A stretch of 64,000 nt of DNA, from assembly GCA_046563655.1 (NCBI GenBank), contig CM102283.1:1364001-1428000 (forward strand), read 5' to 3'. Positions 39,078 through 51,000 of this stretch are shown in pieces; position 1 is the stretch's first letter, and each line of letters opens with the position of its first letter. A program made the position numbers and the translations under genes. The notes below the pieces were generated by a model. The model did not search any database, was not told the DNA's origin, and saw nothing but the letters and a program-made list of their open reading frames with translations. This stretch comes from Yuukianura sp. NJ FZ-2021. Taxonomy: Eukaryota.

Positions 39078-41943
39078 AGTACTATACTACGAGAAGATGA
39101 AAAATGTTTTTTCATAGTTTTTATATATGAATTTTTAATGATTTTTAGGCTCTACATGAACAAACAAAAAGAGGAGCTGAAGTAACAAATTTTGTGCTGG
39201 GGCTACTGTGATTTCATTTTCAAATTTTCCGCTTCCTGCTCATGCCGTTGAGTAGCAGTTAATCAATTGCCTCCGACTATTCATTTGGATGCTTTGAAGT
39301 GAAAGTTATGTGGAATCTGGTGGGGCTGGTGGGACCATGGAATTCTTTTGAAGCAGAAGCTGGTGCTGGGTGGTCCTAATTATTCCCTCGTCCCTCTAAA
39401 CGCTACTCACCGCTACATTTTAGGTGCTCCACACTTTTTTAAAATAGTTTCCTAGAAAAACACTTCTTTCAAAAAATAATGGCTTTGTATAATTTTCCTT
39501 TTCATCTTTTGCTGCTCTGCCAAACCCATTACCCCCTTCAGCTCCATAACCACTTTCCCTTTGCTCAGCAAGAGAAAACATTAGTCTCCATTTTATTCTC
39601 TGGAATGCCGTTTCAAACAACCAGCTAAAGAGGCTCTATGAGGTGAAAAACGAGCTCAAACAAGAGGTGAGCTAACCCAGAGATGAGTTCTTGACAAGGT
39701 GAGGATCTACTTACTGTTAGCCCTCCTTTCTCAGAGTCAATATTCAAATATTCACACTCAAAAATTTTCAAATAACCTACTAAAATTATTTAAACCCTTC
39801 TAATTCGGATTTATCAAAATAATTGGATTTTAAAAAAAGGCAAACTAATACGAACAAAGCAACATAACAAAAAAATAGGAATAAAAACCTGACAGGATAT
39901 TTTGACTCAGTCTTCAAAATTTGACAAGAAAATTATACAAACTGGTTAGAAAAAGACAATCTAGGAGAGAATGTTCACGAAACTCAAATTTTCAAAGTTT
40001 GGGCATTATGGATATGTTGTGGATATCTTCAACTGACAAGTCGTTAACAATGAAAATGCCAATTCCAAAAATAACCAAAAAGTTAGCCTTTATTTTTGAG
40101 GTTTCGCCTTTTTGAGGAAATCCTCAATTGTGAAGCCACGAACATTGAAACCGCGGGGGTAATAAAAATTAGAAAAATAAACTTGAGGTGAAATGCCGTG
40201 AGTTTTGTATTTGACTTAGCTTGGTTGAATTTTGAGAAAATCCTCAAGCGGAAACTTTCAACAGTCTTTTGAAGAGTGCACTAGTTTTTGAGAAATGGAA
40301 GCGCCAATCTCGAATCCATCTGTTTTTTATTCATTCCGTATGAAATCCACGTTTAAGTCGTTTATACACCTTTGGCTTTAGCATTTGGTATTCATGGGCT
40401 TTCCAGGAAAGGTTCGAAGACGAGAGAAAGTCATGACCTGCAGTGGTGAATTTTGTGAAGAGAAAGCGCGGGAAGTCACTAAAGTTCCCGCCAAACCTAA
40501 CCAATCCATCCATTTCTCCTTCCGCCCCACGAATATTCCCACTCAACTTTCGTATTTCAAAGTTACCTATTTCCCATTAGACACATTTTGAACAAACCCG
40601 CTTCCAAACTTTGAAATTTGAAATTGGACGACGTGAAAGCCTTCGTGAAGGATTTTCAAAAAACGAAAGAAAAAGTGACGAAGAAGCACCCAATTCCAGT
40701 TTCCAATTTCGTTTTCTCTCTGGCCTCCCCCTCGTACTTGGAGCGAATCGATTGATTCAAATTGTGCCGGGTTTTTGCCGTCGTCGTCATTACTTCATTT
40801 CACGACATTTTTACAGAGACTTCGAAACTATCACTTTTATTACACCCAGAATCTGTAACAGGACACATAAAATTCCTATTTCCTCTTTTTTTTTTTAGTT
40901 TTTTTTTTGAAACACAAGTTTTTCCAAAACTTTTCCTTCCTCTTACTGTATTTCAAAAACGAAAATATTTCTGGGAGACACAAACCAGAAAATTATGCCC
41001 ACGCCTATTTCTCGTTCTGCAGAAGAAACAAAACAGAAAATGAAAAATAAGCACAACTTCCAGCGGTTTTGCTCGATTGTTTTCCTGCTGCTGCCTTCCT
41101 CTTCGTGCGAAAAAGGAATTGAAGAAGTATCATTCAAAATTGTTTCTGTTTTTGTTTGATGTTTGAGAACATGATTTGAAATTAGGTGGCAAGGTGGAAT
41201 AAGGGCGTTTGAACTTCCCGCCCATTCCCTCCGCCCAAGAGGAAATGAAAATGAAACTTTGCGTGATTTGACATCACAAGAACTTTTGACACGGAGTGAA
41301 TAATTTAATTGAAGGTTTGACCTGACAAATAGCAACCAGTTTAAGTTAATCTCGCTTCATTCGGTTTATTTTCAAAATTTCGCGGGCTCCAATAACTTAA
41401 ATTTCTCATGTAACTTTAAGTTTACTAAGTTTATTTGTTAATTGAGTTAGTTAATTACAGGGTTTTGTGGTTTATGTTTATATGATTCTAGATTTATTAA
41501 CTTTTAGTAAGGTGAAACAGGACGAAGGAGGGAGTAACTAAAAACCGCCGCAAAGTCTAAAATTATACACAGTAAATTTATTTTGTCTTGGCGTATATTT
41601 ATTACGTTCACGTACGTAGTAGCTAGCAGAATTTTAAGCAGTGGGCATGTAACTTTTTTCAAAAACTGGTTTTCAAAAACCACGCAAAAAATTATTTTTC
41701 CTTTTGAATCAATATTTGAGCACCACAATTTTCCCATTGTCCAATTTACACTCACAGTCACACACGCACTTTTGTTGACGCCAAGAGGCGGCTTTCGACA
41801 GGTTTCGTTGATTGAGTTTCAAAACGTTGCGGCCATTTTTGTCCTAACTAAACCCGAAATGGCATTTTGTTCTGAACAGCAATGAATTTTTGGTGTTTTA
41901 AAAAATGATGAGCGTCGTGAGAATTGTTGCTGCAAGGAGAAAT

Positions 41944-42043
41944 NNNNNNNNNNNNNNNNNNNNNNNNNNNNNNNNNNNNNNNNNNNNNNNNNNNNNNNNN
42001 NNNNNNNNNNNNNNNNNNNNNNNNNNNNNNNNNNNNNNNNNNN
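41944..42043. other. Assembly gap (100 N) with duplicated flanks
   Basis: About 46 bp (TTAAAAAATGATGAGCGTCGT..GCTGCAAGGAGAAAT) occurs on both sides of the gap with 2 substitutions. Confidence 0.95.
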
Positions 42044-45000
42044 TTAAAAAATGATGAGCGTCGTAAGAATTGCTGCTGCAAGGAGAAATGGAAAACTAGA
42101 CACTGGAAGTATCGTCGGAGCTTGTCCGTCTGCTTGCATGGCCGCCGGAGTTTCACCTACAACAAACAAAAACTATTAAAACTACTGCATTTCTGTGAAA
42201 ATACATATAACACTAACGATTTAAAACACTTTCAAACCGTTGTCGAAAGTACTAAAAAAAACTTTCAAAAGTAAAAGAAAAGTCAGAAACTTTTTTGAAA
42301 ACTGGGAAGAAGTTTTGCAAAAAAAAGAAATATGTTTCGCAACATCCGAATACAAAAGAAACGTTTTGAAATATAGGAAATACGTTTCGTGAAACAATAA
42401 AAGCTTTTTGCGGCGTAAATAAAATGTTTGCCAAAATTCCAGGTAGGTTTTGAGAAATACGAAAAGAAGGATTGCAAAATAAGGAAATCGTTTGGAAAAT
42501 AAGTGAAATTCTTTGAAAAATAGACGAAAGGTTATTAAAAAGTGAGGGAAACGTTTCGAGAAGATGTTAAAATCTTTTCAAAAATTGAACAAAAGTTTTG
42601 ATACATAAAAGAAACGTTTTGGGAAACTGTATAAACGTTTTTGAATGTGCGAAAAGAACTTGTGTTCCGATTCCTATCGACTTACCGTTGAGAACCGAGA
42701 CAAGGACCGTGGCTTTGCCGAATTGAGCCATTGCGCAAGTGTAGTAGCCAGAGTCGTTTCGGTTGACATTGGCGACATACAGTTTGGAAATTGCAAAGTC
42801 GTTTCTCCTCATCTCCGATTTTACACTGTTGGGCATCAAAAAAAGTAATTAAGAATGTTTCTTCTTCATTCAGCTTGCAATTCCTCCAGAGAGTTCATGA
42901 ATGAACGAAAGATAAAGTTAGGAAAATCTCAACTGAGGGAAGAAAGAAATTTGAAACTGGAAATAAATTGGAAGACTTGGAGGCTACTTTTTTTGAAAAT
43001 GGCGCTTGGGCGTTATAGCGTTCTAACGTTACAGTGCTTGCTACTTAGCATCTCATGTGAGTTGTCTCCTTATCAACTCCCATAAATATTCCTTTCGCTT
43101 TCTCTAAATCCAAGTCTCCCTCCCCAGTGCCCACTTTCTCATTTTCTCCCGCTCTCACAGTCCCTTTAATTCCGAAGTATTTGTGTCTGTAAAAAGACTA
43201 TGAATCATTCTCAACACTTATTCAAATCTGCCTAAGAACTTGGCACCAAATTTAAATTGGGCCAACTCAATGTCACACTAACCAGAAATAGGTCAACCGA
43301 ATGTCAACTACTTAAAAGTAAGTCAACCTGATGTCAAATTATACGAAATCCAGGTCAAATCAGGCCAACCAACTAAAGACATGGGATCAAATTAGGTCAG
43401 TCAAAGGTCAAAATGGGTCAAAACGGGTCAAAAGAGGTCAAAATAGTTGAACCTGATGCCACCGCGATAAGTGTCGTTGTTGAGTAGCCGTTTGTCGTGG
43501 AACCAGCTGACGTGCTGCGGCGGTTGCGCGGCTCCGCGTGCCTCTGGACTTCCATAAGGAGGGAAACAACAAAAGAAAATTCGACAACGCAGCTCCAGCG
43601 TCGAGTCAGTTTTGAAAATCTTCTCTGTCAAAGGCTTGTCACCATCATCCACTATTTCGATCGTGGGAGCTGAAATTTTGAAAAAAAAATGGTTTAATGT
43701 CTGTTGTTTTCAGGAGCTAGTTTTATTATCTTCCTGTTTTTTCTTTAACTTTGTTCAAGAAACTTTTCCTGCAGAATTTTGCTCATAATGACACCGGTAT
43801 GTAGTAATGGAAATTGTTTTGGAACTGACGGTGCTCGCGGTGTCAGGCAGCCACAGGTGAAAATATTTGAAAAAGTTGTGAAACACGACAGAAAAAAACT
43901 TTTTTTTGTTAAAAAACTTCGTTTTTTGCTGCTTTTTTTGAATTGTTAGGAAATGTGAGGTTATGTTCAAAGGGAGGATGGAATATCATCCACTTCAAAA
44001 ACTTTTCCCTCTCTTTTTGTCAACTTAACTTTTGTACAGTCAAGTAATTTGTAGTAATGAAAAGATTTTGTTGGAGCGGCATGTTTCACAAAACTTATTT
44101 CATTTTGTGGTGTGAGTTTCAGGGGGGGGGGGGGTTGGAGTGAGTTTTGAGAAGGTGGGAGGGGGGGGGTTGGAGTGAGTTTTGAGAAGGTGGGAGGGGG
44201 GGGGGGGTTGGAGTGAGTTTCAGGAGGTGGGGGACTTTGTTATGAAGGTGGGAAAAACCGCAGGAGAAAACACGGCATTCCTTATATAAAATGCCTCAAG
44301 GTGTCCGCCTTTATTTTACGACACAATGTGACCTCAGCCAAATTCCATTTTGAGTTTCAACTTCCCCCGGGACAAGTCAAAGGTCAAAGTGGGGCCATGG
44401 TGGAGCAGAAGATGGGGCGGTGGATCCTGTTTTTGCGGTGGCACAACTCTAACCTCAACTTTCTCCTGTGAAAATAACATATTTCGAGCGTAGTCTCCAG
44501 AGTCTCATCGTGTGGCCAAAAGGTTGATTTCGAGATCATTTCTAGGCGAACCTCAAGGTTTCCCCGAATGAGCCGTAAAATGCAATTGCAAAACCTGAGT
44601 TTTAACTGCATCCACAAAAGGTACAGTTGTACAGAATGAAATGTACAATTTTACACGCTCTAAATGTACACTTTTACAGCGTGTGCAGAATACCCAAGTA
44701 TGTGTTTACAACTTAATTCCTTAACATTTATTGTCAATTTTTGAATAATTTTGGCACAAATTTCCAGTTCCAAAAACTTCTCAAATTACGACTAAGTAAG
44801 CATTTCCTGGCCAAAAAGAAAACTGTCACGTCTTAAATACTGCCAAAAGTTTTTCAATAAATTGAAGCTCTACAGAAATAATAATTTCTCTTTGCAATTT
44901 TTTACTATTTTTTTTTGCAAAACTAAAACTATTTTTTGCAAACTAAAAGTTTGAAGTTGTTTTTTTTATATTTGTATTTGAACGATGAGAACGTTGCGAG

Positions 45001-48000
45001 TGTAGTTCATTTTTTCCCGCGCTTCAGCCAAATCCAGAGTTTAAAGAAGTGAAAATTTCACACTTTTACTCTTTCGTCACGAATTGGCGTCTGGCGTGTT
45101 TCCCAACCGTTTCTCCTTCTGTCAGCATGTTGCGAAAGGAAGTCAACGGAAATCAAATTCAAGTCTTGCAAAAGGAATTGATTGCAGCGCATTCAGAGCG
45201 AAACATAACCTAACCTAATCTGAAACTCAAAAGGCTAACAAAATCAGAAAAAATTGTGAAAAAAATAGGTCGTTGCTCAACAGTTCAGGAAGACAGTTTT
45301 CAGGAGACAGTAGACTATTTGGCATGTCGAGCACACGTCAATTGTAATTTAAATTACGTAATTACGTCCACCCAAGTTGGTATTAACCGAAGACGAGATG
45401 ACGGCATCATGAATTAGAAATGAACCAATTGAGTCTGATAGAATTACTTTAAGAATCATATGGTAATTCTAAATGGATCTTTTCGAGTTTTGGCAATAAG
45501 TGTGTTTTATTAAACTGAAATCCCGACTAAGAACAAATCGGTAGTACCCTTAGTTTTTAAACCAGGTCAACTCCGTAGTTCTAAAAGAATATTCTAGAAG
45601 GATTGAAATTGAATCATCCTTAGAAGATTCTGTGTCCTCCAAATCTTTCTGGAAGGAATCTTATCTTAATTGCGTTAACATAAATATTGTCACAAAAACA
45701 AAAGAAACGCTCCGAGTCACGTAGACTCTTTGAGCAAGGGCAGAAAAAATGTAAAGAGAATAAAGGTCAAAGATTGACCTCCTTCATTCCCTCCCTCAAT
45801 CTTATGACCTATGACCTAGTATTGGAAGTATTGCTAAGGGGCTGGATTTCCAAGGCATCCGAGACTTGTTCAGCCGTAATTTTGAATGTTGGCTTCATCT
45901 TCTTCAGCTGCATTACCCGAAATACCAAAAATCCAGAAGCGATGATCAGTCCGATCATAATTAATCCAATCAAAATTCCCATCCAGGCATTTTCTTTCCA
46001 GTACAAGCCGTGGGAAGAGATTTCGCGGTTATTGGTATCCTCTTTTGGGCGTTGTTTTTCCAATTCAGAAAGGCCACTCTCTTCCATAAGCTGAGTTATG
46101 TTGAGTGTGGGTTCCAAATGCCAATTTGCGTGAGTCGTAAAAATGGGATCCAGTTTTTCCTTTTCGGTTAGGTCCAACGTAGATGCCAAATACCGGAAGT
46201 CATTGATTTTGAATTCAGTCATCCTGGATAGCAGAAAAACTTCATCTGGACAGTCTCGCTTCTTTCCTGCAATTTCAATCTGATTGCCAGAACAATAAAT
46301 AAAATTGTTTCCTCCCATAGTTTTGACTTGAATAAAATCAATGGCATCATTTTTACGGTATGGAAGACATCGATCTACTGCGAAATATTTGGACGTTTGA
46401 GGCAGGTCATCAGACGCCAAACATTTGTGTTCCGGGGCAAGTATGAGGTCATCCTTGTCTGTATAACGAACGTTGATGTCATAGACGCAATCCTCTTTCA
46501 ATGAAATAATTGCATTTTCTGGTCCAGTGTAATGGATGGTGCAGGTGAGATTGTTGATCACCTTCCGGAGAAAGAACGGTTCCGCTTTCACCAAAACCAA
46601 ATCATGATCTATGACTGGAACGGTGAATTCCATGTACAAATTTTCTTTTTTTAAATCCATATGACATTGTTTCGGATATCCAAGGTCAATTGGACATTTC
46701 TTCTCACACGGAAGAGAATAATTCAGAAAATCGAAAAATGGCGAATGCATGGAATTAAAATCCCATTTTCGATGTGCTTCCTTCACGATGTGATTTCCAA
46801 TGACCAATCTTGATGAGATGTAGGAGACAATAAAATTTGTGTCAATGGATTTTGTTTTCAATTTGATAAGATCATTTTCAATTTTCTGAACATCCTCAGC
46901 AAGTCCAGTTGAAAATTTCATTAAGGCCTCGATCGCCTTATCATGAAACTCAGCAAGTTTTTGTTGGCGTTTGATTTCAAGGTCTTGTTGAGCCAAAATT
47001 TCTGAAACAGTTTGAATTTGACCTTGAGCTTGAACAGCAGTAACGACACCCGCCACGCCAAGTCCAAAGCTGGCTAAGATGGTGGCTGTAATTGCTCCCA
47101 AAATGAAAACAAAAATTCCTCTTTTTGATACCTGATGAAGGTCAGTCAGCAATTTTGGTGGACAAAATTTTTCCATCTCCGAAATAAAAAGTTTTTCGTA
47201 AATTTCTGTGCATCTTATTTTTGCCATTTGAAGTAAGTCCGGGTGAATCATCTCAGTCGTCAGCAAGTCACAAGGACGTGTGAACTGAAATAGAAGACGA
47301 ACCTCATTGACCCCTTGGATGACTGGGACATCCATTTTCGTCCAAAGAACGAACTGAGGTTTTTGCATTCCAATTGGATCGGTTTGAGGAATTCCAACGG
47401 CAACAAGCATCAGAAAAAGTAAAACTTTTGCAAAATTGCTTGAATTTCCAGAAGCATTTTTCGGTGTTTGCGACCGATTGGTTAGTCCACTCATTCTCTT
47501 CATGTCCTCAAATTTTGATTTTGAAAGAGGTTTTGTGAGAAAATCAGCTTTCTGATTGTCCGTAGAGACGTAGCTGATTTTAATTTTTCTGTTTTCAACC
47601 AATTCTCGAGTGTAATGATAACGCACATCAATGTGCTTGGTGCGGCTGTGGAACTCGGGATTATGTGCCAATTTAATGGCACTCTGATTGTCCAAATTCA
47701 ATTCAATTGGATCTTCTTGTGTAATTCCAATTTCTGTTGCCAATCCATTCAACCAGACGGCTTCTCTCGCAGCGCTGGACAGGGAAATGTACTCAGCTTC
47801 GCTGGAGGAGCAAGCGACAATGGGTTGTTTTTGGCTCATCCATGAGAGTGGAGAATTGTTAGCAAAAAATATGAATCCGGAAGTAGACTTTCGATCCGAA
47901 TGATCTCCGGCGTAGTCGGAATCGCAAAATCCAGAAATTGTTAAATTCCTTCCTGATTCATACGTAATGCTCGTGTCTTTCGTTCCACTGAGGTAGCGAA

Positions 48001-51000
48001 GAACATTTTTTGCTGCAATCCAATGTTTTTCGTTGAATCCAGACAAAAATTGTGATAATTTGCTCACAGCAAATGAAATGTCTGGGCGCGTACATTTCGC
48101 CAAAAATAACAACGAGCCAATTAATTGACGAAATGGAATCCCCTCTGCTTCTCCTTGGACTGACGGTAGTTCACATCCCGGTGACATTGGAACTGTCTTT
48201 GGTTTGCATTCCGTCATATTAAATTTCTCAAGGACGTCTGATAAGTAGCCGCTCTGATGAACGGTGATTGAACCCTCTTGACTTCTGCAAAGTTCCAAGC
48301 CAACAAATCTCTTCGGATCATTCTCAACTGTGATTTCAAATTGAGATTTCAGAAATTCCAGAAGTTCCAGAGTTTCTTTTTCACTGCTGCTGGCAATTAG
48401 TCCATCATCGACATAAATTGCCAAGAGTATGATTTCATTTCCGGACTGGCGAAAGTACAAGGAGGGATCATACTTGCTTTGAATCATGCTGACTTTCTCC
48501 AGAGCCTCTTTCACCTTCTCGCTCCAGCAGCGTGGAGCTTGTTTAAGTCCGTAAAGACTTTTATTCAGTTTGCAGACTTCGTCGGATCCATTTTCAAAAC
48601 CTTCTGGTTGTCTCATGAAGATGATCTCTTCCAAATCTCCATTTAGAAATGCAGTTTTGACATCAAATTGTGTCAATTTCAAATTTTGAGAACTCGCAAG
48701 CGCCAGAAGCAATCGAATGGTTTCGTATCGGCACACAGATGAAAAGGTCTCATTGTAGTCAATCCCATATTTCTGCCGGTAACCCTTAATTACCAACCTG
48801 GCCTTGAACTTGTCGATTTCTCCGTTAGGTTTTTTCTTTACTTTGTAAACCCAGCGATTTTCCAAAATCCTCATTTTCGGAATTTTTGGTACCAGTGTCC
48901 AAGTGCTATTTTTAGCATGACTTTCCATTTCATCAGTCATGGCCTTCATCCATTCGTCCTTCTCAGGGGAAGCCAAGGCTTCACTGTATGAATGTGGGTC
49001 CATGATGTTCATAGCAGCCTTTGCCTGGTAATATTCTGGCTTTGAAAGCGAGGAACGATCTCTCAAGGTCATGTGATGCAACTTCTCCACAACAGAATTT
49101 GGAAGATTGGCTACGTATTGTCCATCAACCTTCGAAATTGTCAATTTGACTCCTTGCTTTTCGACATCCGTTTTTGAATTCTGAATTTCAACTTCATCTT
49201 CGTCAGACACTTCAGTTATTATGGGCTCGGTGTCCTTGACCTCTTCCTTCGTGATGTCATTCATCGGCAATGGAATTAAAATTCCGTTGCTCTTAGGTTT
49301 CTTTTCAACGAAACTGACATTACGACCAAAGACAATCTGACGTGACTCAGCATCGTACAGTCTGTACTTTTTGACTGATAGTGAGTCATAGCCAACCAAG
49401 GTTAGTTTTTTCGACTTTGAGTCCCAAACTTTTCTCTGTTGTTTAGGAACATGGGAGAAAGCTTTACTCCCAAAAATCCGAACATGACCGAGGAACGGCT
49501 TTCTTCCAAAAATCCTTTCAAACGGTGTTTTCTCTGGACTCTGTTTGTTAATTAGTCGGTTTCTGATATAAACAGCATTAGCAATGGCTTCCCCCCAAAG
49601 ATATTCTGGAAGCTTGCTCTGCTGAAGCAGTGTCCTTGCAGTGTCCTTCAAAATTCGGACATGTCTCTCTGCCCTGCCATTTGATTCAGGACAGTAGGGA
49701 ACAGTCTTCTCATGTGCAATACCTTCCTTAGAAAAGAAATCTTCCAAGGTGGAATTCACATACTCTGTCCCGTTGTCACTGCGCATGACCTTCAACTTTT
49801 GTCCTGTTTGCCTTTCCATGAACTTAATGTGTTCAATGACCACGTTTGGAATTTGGTTTTTCGTGGATACAAAACTGACATTGACAAAGCCAGTACAGTC
49901 ATCCACAAAAACAATGAAGTAATTAGCACCTCCGATTGAGGTCACTGGCATTTTACCAGCAGTATCAACGTGCATCATTTCGCCCGGTTTTGTGTTTCTA
50001 CGGGCAACCGGCGGAAAAGGCTGACGGGCTTGTTTTCCCATTTCACATTTTGAGCAGTGAAAATCAGTCGAAATTTGATCAATTGGAATTCCAGAAATAG
50101 CTCCACTTGCAATCGAATTCTTGATGTAAATAGGATTCACATGAGCCAATCGTTTGTGCCAAATTTTTCCAATTGAAGATTTTGAGATGAGGGCATTGAC
50201 CTGTTGAACTGGTCGAAACCTCATGACGAACATGTTATTCTCAAGGGTGCTCACAGGACCGAGAACACCGTCTGAAGTCCAAAATTTTGTACCGTGTTTG
50301 TTTCTAGTGACCTTGAACCCTTTCTGAACCATAACAGATTCGGAGAAGAGATTTGTTGCTCCTGGTATGTATAAAACATTCTCCAAGGTAACTAGATCCC
50401 AATTGTTTCCAATCAAAGCTTCCAATTGTACTGTTCCATGACCAACTGCTTGAGCAGTACTAGAATCAGTCAAGTAAACTGACCTCGGCATCTCAAAAGC
50501 CATGTAGTCAATGAACCATTGCTTGACTCCGGTGATGTGCTGATTGGCACCCGAGTCGGCGTACCATACAGCCTTGGAATCTTTTTGAAGGTCAGTTTGT
50601 AATTCATCGTCCGAAAAATCTTCATATTTTTCATCCATAACCATAAAGGCATGAAGGGAGTCTTTTGAACCAGAAGCTCCCTTATCAGAATCTCGTTTTT
50701 CAGAATTTTCGGAAAAATTTCTGTTGGAGGGTGGACAACGACAATCAACCTTCCAATGACCAATTTTCCCGCAATTTCTGCATCTTGACTTCGCTTTCTT
50801 TTGATCCAAGTCACTGTAATTTTTTCGTTGACCTTTTCCTTTTTCCTTCGAAAAATCTTTCTTCTGATTTTTGGGATCATTTGTGGAGAAAGCAGTGCTT
50901 TTACCACTCTTCCCTGAAGATTCATCTGCGACCTTTTGATCCAAATCTTCTTTTTTGAACCTTGCAAGAAGCATAACCATGGTTTGTGAGTCAGCAGGAA

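Noticed and set aside
22000-41800. Numerous 60-130 aa ORFs in the PI3K first intron and the intergenic region
   Set aside because: Low-complexity F/K/L/N-rich translations of AT-rich DNA, often with non-ATG starts, no domain motifs and no coherent exon chain.
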